Of a stretch of DNA of 64,000 nucleotides, positions 57,757 to 64,000 are shown in pieces. Under the pieces are notes generated by a model, which had not been told where the DNA came from, ran no database searches, and saw only the letters and a program-made list of their open reading frames with translations. The position numbers were made by a program, and so were the translations under genes. Each line of letters begins with the position of its first letter. Position 1 is the stretch's first letter. The DNA is from an uncultured Planctomycetota bacterium (lineage in GTDB: Bacteria > Planctomycetota > PLA2 > JAEUHO01). The stretch lies in the NCBI GenBank assembly GCA_963752285.1, contig CAVVXN010000005.1, positions 896,001 to 960,000 on the forward strand, given 5' to 3'.

Positions 57757-59796
57757 CTACCTCGGCTTCGCCCCCTCGGCGTAGCCCGCGCGCGCCGCCG
57801 CGAGCGCCTCCGGCTCGGCGGAGAGCGTCGCCACGAGGAGGTCCATCAGCGTGGCCTCGGCGCCGAGTCGCGCGTACGCCCGGGCGACCGCCCGCGCCAG
57901 GTCGGCACGCGCCGACAAGACGTCCGAGGGGTCCGCCCCGGGAACGGTCCCGACCCCAGGCTCCTTCAGGATCGGGACCACGACGTCCCTCTCGATCGCG
58001 GCGGCGACGTCGGTCCCCCCGCCGGCCCGGCCGAGCGCGTCCACCAGGGCGACCAGGGTCCGCGACGCGTCCCCGAACCGCCACGCGCGGAGCGCCGGGT
58101 CGTCGCCCGGCCGGCCAAGCGCGCGGGCCGCCTCGTCGAGGGCCTCCAGAAGGTCGGACCGCGCGCCTGCCGCCCCGAGCCGCGCCAGCGCCCGTGCCGC
58201 CTCGCGCCGGAGCGGGGCGTCGGCGGCGGCGCGCACGAGGTCTGCGAGCGGTCCGACGTCGTCCTCGTTCCCGCGGCGCCCGAGCCAGAACGCGGCCCAC
58301 CGCCGCGCCGTCGCGGGCGCGTCGCGGTCCGTGAGCACCCCGCGCACGCGCGGTCCCGCGGACGGGTCGTCGAGGAGACGGCGGGCGGCCGCCTCCGCGT
58401 CGGGCCCGCCCGCCGCGAGCACGGCCACGAGCCCGCCCGTGTCGAGGTCGGGGGCCAGCATGTCGCCCCACGCCGCGCGCGGGTCGCCGAGCCGCTGGAC
58501 CTCGGGGTCGTCCACCGGCCGCCCGAACGACGCGTCGGGCCAGGCCGAGGCGGCGTTCGAGCGCCGCCGCTGGCCGGCGAGGAAGTGGTACGCGTCCCGC
58601 TCCGCGGCCGCGGGCAGCCCGCGCCCCGCCGAGGAGAGCTCGGCGTACACGAAGTCCCCCTCCCGCCGGACGAGCCGGTCGGCGACCTCCCGGGCGCGCA
58701 CGAGACCGGCCCGCTCGTCGGCCGCGCCCTCGTAGAGCCAGACGCCGAGGCCCGAGGTCACGAGCGCGCCGACGGGTCGCGGGTCGCCGGGCCCGGCGGC
58801 CGCGACGCCGGCGAGGGAACGGCCGAGCGTCCGGGCCGCGTCGAGCGCCGCGTCGGCGCCGTCGCCTTCGCCGACGAGGTACACGCGGTCGAGGTCCACG
58901 TCGAACCGCAGGCGCACGTCCTCGATCACGGCCGCCACGAGACCGCGCGCGTCGCGCCAGCCGTCCGGCGGCGCCTGGACGGCCGCGAGCAGCCAGCCGC
59001 GGGCCGCGGCGCCCCCGTGGAACAGCTCCCACGCGTCTTGTGCCGTGCCGGTCACCGGCCCCGTCGCGGGCGCCCCGCCGTGGAGCGCGACGACGAGCGG
59101 GACGGGGTGCAGCGGGTCGTAGGCCGCGGGGACGTCGAGGACGTACCCGACGCCGCCCGCCCGCCCCTTCTCGGGGGCCCGCTCGGCGTCGCGGCGCCCG
59201 ACCGCCTCCGTGAGACTTCGTGCCGCCCGTTCGAGGAACGCCCGCCGGTCCGCGACCCCGAGGGCGCGCGCCGCGTCGGCCCGTTCGACGGCGCTCTCCA
59301 TCCGGACCAGCCGGTGGAGCGCGCGCTCGAGCGCCGGGTCGAGCGAGGGGATCTCGCCTCGGAGCGCCAGGAACGCCTCGCGCCCCCCCACGACCGCCAG
59401 CGCGTCGGGGTCGTCGGGCGCGACGCGAAGGATCTCCGCGGCGAGCCGGCGCGCCTCGGGTCGCGCGTGCCGGCGGACGGCGGGGGCGAGGAGGTCCTTC
59501 CGCGCCGCCACGTCGTTCGGGTCGAGCTCCAGGAAGGCGCGCGCGAGCGCCGAGGGCCCGCGGTCGGGTCGGACCTCGGCCACCTCGGCCGCCGGCACCT
59601 CGACGACGCCGTACGTCATCTCGTCGAGCGTCGAGCCGTAGGGGTTCACGAGGACCACGGCGTCCGCCTTCCGGACGGTGCCCTCCAGGGTCTTGCCGTG
59701 GCGGCGAACGACCTCGTCCGCCCGCGCCGCCGAGGCGGCGAGCAGGGCGGCGGCGATCCCGACGCGAACGCGGAGCTCGAGCCGCCGCCGGGTCAC
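57757..59796 (-). CDS. Exported protein with alpha/beta-hydrolase-like domain and HEAT repeats
   Basis: VPAAYDP..PVPLVVALHGG, DLDRVYLVGEGDG, C-terminal helical repeats. Confidence 0.7.
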   Translation of the reverse strand: MTRRRLELRVRVGIAAALLAASAARADEVVRRHGKTLEGTVRKADAVVLVNPYGSTLDEMTYGVVEVPAAEVAEVRPDRGPSALARAFLELDPNDVAARKDLLAPAVRRHARPEARRLAAEILRVAPDDPDALAVVGGREAFLALRGEIPSLDPALERALHRLVRMESAVERADAARALGVADRRAFLERAARSLTEAVGRRDAERAPEKGRAGGVGYVLDVPAAYDPLHPVPLVVALHGGAPATGPVTGTAQDAWELFHGGAAARGWLLAAVQAPPDGWRDARGLVAAVIEDVRLRFDVDLDRVYLVGEGDGADAALDAARTLGRSLAGVAAAGPGDPRPVGALVTSGLGVWLYEGAADERAGLVRAREVADRLVRREGDFVYAELSSAGRGLPAAAERDAYHFLAGQRRRSNAASAWPDASFGRPVDDPEVQRLGDPRAAWGDMLAPDLDTGGLVAVLAAGGPDAEAAARRLLDDPSAGPRVRGVLTDRDAPATARRWAAFWLGRRGNEDDVGPLADLVRAAADAPLRREAARALARLGAAGARSDLLEALDEAARALGRPGDDPALRAWRFGDASRTLVALVDALGRAGGGTDVAAAIERDVVVPILKEPGVGTVPGADPSDVLSARADLARAVARAYARLGAEATLMDLLVATLSAEPEALAAARAGYAEGAKPR

Positions 59797-60689
59797 GCCG
59801 CCGACCGTCTCCGCTGGCGCGCGGCCTTCAAGCCGCACGCGACGAACGTCGCCACGCCCGCCAGGATCATGACGGAGGACAGCACCTGCCCCTGCGTGAA
59901 CGTGCCGAGGAACACGTAGCCCATGTCCGCGTCGGGTCGGCGGAGGAACTCCAGGACGAAGCGGATGATCCCATAGCCCACGAGGAAGCTCGCGGCCACA
60001 CGGCCCCCGCCCAGGCCCTTCCTGAGCATCAGCCAGCGGAGAACGAAGAACAGCAGCACGCCCTCGCCGAGCGCCTCGTAGAGCTGGCTCGGGTGGACGA
60101 GCTGCGTGAAGAGCCTCGGATCGTGCGGATTCTGCGCGTACACGGCGCGCCACGCCTCGGGACCGCTGAAGCCGTTCTCGGTGTACTCGGGGAAACGCAT
60201 GGCCCAGGGCCCGTTCCACGGACGGCCCGGGAGCTCCGCGTTGATGAAGTTCGCGAGGCGGACGCAGAGGATGCCGAGAGGCGTGGCGAGCGTCAGCCCG
60301 TCGAAGAACGACCCGCGCGGGAGCCTCCGAACGCCCGTGTAGATCCAGTACGCGACGATGACGCCGATCAGGCCGCCGTGGAACGACATCCCGCCCTTCC
60401 AGACGGTCACCGCGTCCCAGAACGTCTGCACGCTCCCGCCGGGGATCCCGTAGAAGAGGACCCAACCGATCCGCCCTCCGAAGAACACGCCGAGGATGCC
60501 CCAGAACAGCACGTCGGCCACCCGCTCCGGGGCGACGGGCCACCGTCCGCGCCGCGCGAGGTTCCGGAGGACCAGGTACGCGAGCACGAACGCGAGGATG
60601 TAGGAGACTCCGTACCAGCGGACCGTGACCGGTCCGAGCTTCACGATGTCGGGGTCGATGCGCGGATAGGGGATCTCGGCGAGCGTCAC
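59793..60689 (-). CDS. lgt: Prolipoprotein diacylglyceryl transferase
   Basis: VRWYG, GGRIG, WKGGMSFHGG, RLANFINAEL, HPSQLYE, RFVLEFLR.PD. Confidence 0.95.
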   Translation of the reverse strand: MTLAEIPYPRIDPDIVKLGPVTVRWYGVSYILAFVLAYLVLRNLARRGRWPVAPERVADVLFWGILGVFFGGRIGWVLFYGIPGGSVQTFWDAVTVWKGGMSFHGGLIGVIVAYWIYTGVRRLPRGSFFDGLTLATPLGILCVRLANFINAELPGRPWNGPWAMRFPEYTENGFSGPEAWRAVYAQNPHDPRLFTQLVHPSQLYEALGEGVLLFFVLRWLMLRKGLGGGRVAASFLVGYGIIRFVLEFLRRPDADMGYVFLGTFTQGQVLSSVMILAGVATFVACGLKAARQRRRSAA

Positions 60690-61915
60690 CGGTTGCCTCC
60701 GGGCTCGGGGAGGGAGGAGAGTACGAGACGGGCGTGGCGTCGGCGCCCCACGCGGAGGATCTCGCCACCGCGGAGCTCGAGGCGACCCTGCCAGTCCGCG
60801 AGCGCGGTCTCGTCCACGCGTACGCCGCCCTGCTCCACCAGGCGCCGCGCCTCGCCCGTGCTCGCGACGAACCCGCAGCGCTTCAGGAGGTCCACGACCC
60901 ACCAGCGGCCGTCGTCTCCCGGCGGCCCCGCGGCGACGTCGGGGATGTCGGTCGGGAGGTCGTGGCGGCTGAACACGCGGAGGAACTCCTCGCGCTCCCG
61001 CGCCGCGGCGTCCGGCCCGTGATAGCGACGGACGAGCGCCCCGGCCATCTCGAGCTTGGCGTCGCGCGGGTTCGGGAGGGAGAGGAGGCGTTCGACCTCG
61101 GGGTCCGGGAGGTCGGTCGCGAGCCGGAGGTACTTTCCGAGCAGCGCGTCGGAGACGCGCATGGCCATGCCGAACTGATCCTTCGGCGCGTCGAGCACGC
61201 CGATCGAGTTGCCGAGGCTCTTCGACATCTTGGCCTGACCGTCCGTGCCCTCGAGGAGAGGTGTCAGGAGGTTCACCTGCGGCCGCAGGCCCTCCTGCAC
61301 CATGAAGCGGCGCGCCACCATGAGGTTGAAGGTCTGGTCCTGGCCCCCCAGCTCGACGTCCGCGCGGACCGCCACCGAGTCCCACGCCTGCATCAGACAG
61401 TAGAGGAACTCCCGCACCGAGATGGGTTCGCTCGCCCTCCATCGGTCCTGGAACGAGTCCCGCTCCATCATCTGCTGGACCGTCATGCGGTCGGCCAGGC
61501 CGAGGACGTCGAGGAACGACATCTTCGAGAACCACTCGCTGTTGCGACGGATCTCGACGCCGTCGAGGTCGAGGATCCTCCCGATCTGGTCGCGGTAGGT
61601 CGCGAGGTTCGCCTCGATCTGCTCGGGCCCGAGCATCGGTCGCGTCTTGTCCTTGCCCGACGGGTCCCCGACCGTCGCCGTGTAGTCGCCGAGGATCAGG
61701 ACCGGTTGGTGGCCGCGTTCCTGGAACCGGCGGAGGATCCAGAGCTGGATGGCGTTCCCGACGTGCACCGTCGGGGACGTGGGGTCGATGCCCAGCTTCA
61801 GCCGGAGCGGACGCCCGGAGAGGAGGCGCTCCACGAGGTCCGCCTCGGGCACGACGGTCTCGACGGTCCGCGCCTGGACGCCGAGCGCTTCGACCAGCCG
61901 CGGATCGAGCGTCAT
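60686..61915 (-). CDS. tyrS: Tyrosine--tRNA ligase
   Basis: KLGIDPT..HVGN, IGDY/GDPSG, ELGGQDQTFN, KMSKS, C-terminal S4 domain. Confidence 0.96.
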   Translation of the reverse strand: MTLDPRLVEALGVQARTVETVVPEADLVERLLSGRPLRLKLGIDPTSPTVHVGNAIQLWILRRFQERGHQPVLILGDYTATVGDPSGKDKTRPMLGPEQIEANLATYRDQIGRILDLDGVEIRRNSEWFSKMSFLDVLGLADRMTVQQMMERDSFQDRWRASEPISVREFLYCLMQAWDSVAVRADVELGGQDQTFNLMVARRFMVQEGLRPQVNLLTPLLEGTDGQAKMSKSLGNSIGVLDAPKDQFGMAMRVSDALLGKYLRLATDLPDPEVERLLSLPNPRDAKLEMAGALVRRYHGPDAAAREREEFLRVFSRHDLPTDIPDVAAGPPGDDGRWWVVDLLKRCGFVASTGEARRLVEQGGVRVDETALADWQGRLELRGGEILRVGRRRHARLVLSSLPEPGGNR

Positions 61916-63153
61916 CGCCCCTCCGCCACGCGCGCCGGCACCGTCCGGCCCTCGGACTCGGCGCGTTGCCACCAGTCGCGCCACAGACGCGCGTCGGGCA
62001 TGACCCGCGTGTCCGCGATGCGCGCGAGCGCGTCCATCAGCGCGTCCGACCGATCGGGGTGGAGGTCGAGCGCGGCCAGGAACGGGTCCGCGAGGGGCGC
62101 CGCGGGACGTCCCGCTGCGCGCTCGAGGAGGAGGTCGAGCGCGCCGAGCGCCGCCGTGCGCAGCACCGGGTCGCCCTCGGCGAGGGCGCGGGCCACCACG
62201 CGGCACGCGTCGGCGACGCGATTCGGTCCCACGAACTCCGCCGCCACGAGGATGTGCGTCGGCGCCACCGCCGTGACCGCGGTCTCCATCGACGCCAGCG
62301 GGTCCCGCGTGAGCGGCTCGTAGCCGTCCGGAACCACGACGACCCGTGCCGGACGGAGGGGGAGCGCGAGCGGCGTCGGCGGGCCGTCGCCCACGCGGAC
62401 GGAGCCCCGAAGCGTTCCCGAGAGGTCGAGCACGCGCACGCCCTGGATCGCCGCTCCGACGTCCGCCGCCGGCACCCGAACGGTCTCGTGGAACACGCCG
62501 CCGGCCGGGAGCCGGACCGGCGCGCGCTCGTCCTTCTGCAGGCCGACCGTCTGGGTCCAGCTCCGCCCGAGCCGCGCCGCGTAGATGTCGTGGTCCTGCC
62601 GCGCGACCTGGAGGGCGAGCGCCGGCGGGCTCTCGCCCGCCTCCGTGCTCATCGTGACCGGTCGTCCCGACACGTTGCGCACCTCGATCTCGAACTCGAC
62701 ATCGGACCCGAAGGTCACGTAGTCGAGGCGCCCCCGCGCGTCCGCGCGGAGCAGAGTCGCCTGGAGCCGTCGCACCGCGAGCGTCCGACGGAGATCCTGG
62801 AACACCGAGACCCAGTGCTCGGGCAGCGGCGGCTTCATCGCGAGCGTCTGGCGGATCACCTCGAGGGCCTCGTCGTCGAACCCCCCCGCCGCGTAGCCCT
62901 CCGCGAGCCTCCGCTTCTCTTCCAGGCCCCGGTCGGCCTCGTCCACGGGGCTCGGGTCCTTGACGCTCCCGCCCGTCGCGCCCGGCTTCGCGCCGGCCCG
63001 GGGGAACACGATCGGCGCGAAGGACGGCGCGACCGGGCCCTTCGGGTCCGGCGCGTCCGCCGTCTGCGGGGGCCGCGCGCAAGCCGAGGCGCCCGCGACG
63101 GCGGTCAGGACGAGGAGGACCGCGGGCCAGGGATCGAGGGAGGTCCGGCGCAT
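61912..63153 (-). CDS. Hypothetical lipoprotein
   Basis: Hydrophobic N-terminus ending ASAC; overlaps the tyrS start. Confidence 0.65.
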   Translation of the reverse strand: MRRTSLDPWPAVLLVLTAVAGASACARPPQTADAPDPKGPVAPSFAPIVFPRAGAKPGATGGSVKDPSPVDEADRGLEEKRRLAEGYAAGGFDDEALEVIRQTLAMKPPLPEHWVSVFQDLRRTLAVRRLQATLLRADARGRLDYVTFGSDVEFEIEVRNVSGRPVTMSTEAGESPPALALQVARQDHDIYAARLGRSWTQTVGLQKDERAPVRLPAGGVFHETVRVPAADVGAAIQGVRVLDLSGTLRGSVRVGDGPPTPLALPLRPARVVVVPDGYEPLTRDPLASMETAVTAVAPTHILVAAEFVGPNRVADACRVVARALAEGDPVLRTAALGALDLLLERAAGRPAAPLADPFLAALDLHPDRSDALMDALARIADTRVMPDARLWRDWWQRAESEGRTVPARVAEGR

Positions 63154-63200
63154 CCCGAAAGCCTCCCTCGTCCCGATCACCGGGCCGTCTCGCGCCTCGG

Positions 63201-64000
63201 CTACGCCCCCTCGCCCTCGGACGCCGGCGCCTCGGCCGGCGCCTCGTCCGGGGCCTCCTCGGACGCCGTCCCGGCATCCTCGTCCGCGGCGACCTCCACG
63301 GCGGCGGCCTCGTCCGGGGCGGCCTCCGCCTCGACGGGCTCCCCCTCGGCGGTTGCGGGCTCGTCGTCGATCCGCCGACTCGCGTCCAGCTCCTCCGCAG
63401 TCAGCTCCGGCGGCTCCTCACTCGACGCCAGGAGCGTCTCGGCCTCCTCGCCGCGGAGCAGCGTCAGACCGATCTTCCGCTCCTCCGTGTCGAGCCGGAG
63501 CACGCGAACGGCCACCCGGTCGCCGGGCTGGAGCTGGTCCGCGGGCGTCAGCTCGGAGATGTGGATCAGACCCTCGAGGCCCTCTTCGAGACGGATGAAG
63601 ATCCCGAAATTCGTCACCTTCGTGACGCGCCCGGCGTGCTCGGTCTGGGGCGCGTAGCGCTCCATGATCTCCTTCTGCCACGGATCGAGCTCGAGCTGCT
63701 TCAGTCCGAGCGCGATGCGCTTCTTGTCGGGGTGGACCGAGAGCACGACCGCCTCGATCCGCTGTCCCTTCTCGAGCACCTCGGAGGGGTTCTGGATCTT
63801 CCGCGTCCACGACATGTCCGACACGTGGAGCAGGCCGTCGATCCCGTCGTCGATCTCGACGAACGCGCCGTACGACGTGAGGTTGCGGACGGTGCCCTGG
63901 AGCACGGTCCCCGGCGGGAAGCGGGCCTCGACGTTGTCCCACGGATCGCCGTCGGCCTGCTTCATGCCGAGGGAGATCTCCTGCTTCTCGCGGTTGATGT
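63201..64000 (-). CDS. rpsA: 30S ribosomal protein S1 (3' part; runs off the window)
   Basis: S1 repeats YGAFVEI..GIDGLLHVSDMSW, FGIFIRL..GLEGLIHISEL; acidic tail. Confidence 0.95.
   Translation of the reverse strand, partial: INREKQEISLGMKQADGDPWDNVEARFPPGTVLQGTVRNLTSYGAFVEIDDGIDGLLHVSDMSWTRKIQNPSEVLEKGQRIEAVVLSVHPDKKRIALGLKQLELDPWQKEIMERYAPQTEHAGRVTKVTNFGIFIRLEEGLEGLIHISELTPADQLQPGDRVAVRVLRLDTEERKIGLTLLRGEEAETLLASSEEPPELTAEELDASRRIDDEPATAEGEPVEAEAAPDEAAAVEVAADEDAGTASEEAPDEAPAEAPASEGEGA

Overview
A very GC-rich bacterial chromosome segment, most likely Planctomycetota. That call rests on a TIGR04138-like gene, an ECF sigma factor with a long periplasmic extension, a DUF11/OmcB-like protein and prenyltransferase-repeat proteins. 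Housekeeping genes lie on both flanks. Left: two NDP-sugar SDR enzymes, accC, accB, asd, moaC, comM/yifB. Right: MscS-cNMP channel, S41 protease, pgeF, holB, tmk, a DnaA paralog, an aminotransferase, glyA, lgt, tyrS, rpsA. Between them sits a ~20 kb, visibly lower-GC accessory island (~8390-28740) with no integrase. It holds one intact IS256 (8-bp target duplication, splitting a secreted-protein gene) and many IS1634/IS256/IS21/IS91/IS3 fragments. Among the IS debris the intact genes repeat one cassette plan: small secreted (often Cys-rich) protein -> ~540-690 aa N-terminally anchored protein with carboxypeptidase-regulatory-like beta-sandwich repeats -> MauE/DoxX-type CGC membrane protein. 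This polymorphic cassette family is the best candidate for an undescribed system. Other points of note are a truncated CapP-like peptidase, an S41 protease with a DxNxNG repeat insertion, a solute-binding-protein/metzincin fusion, an archaeal-type SHMT and a possible internal start in the ECF fusion. All calls come from reading motifs by eye; no searches were run.
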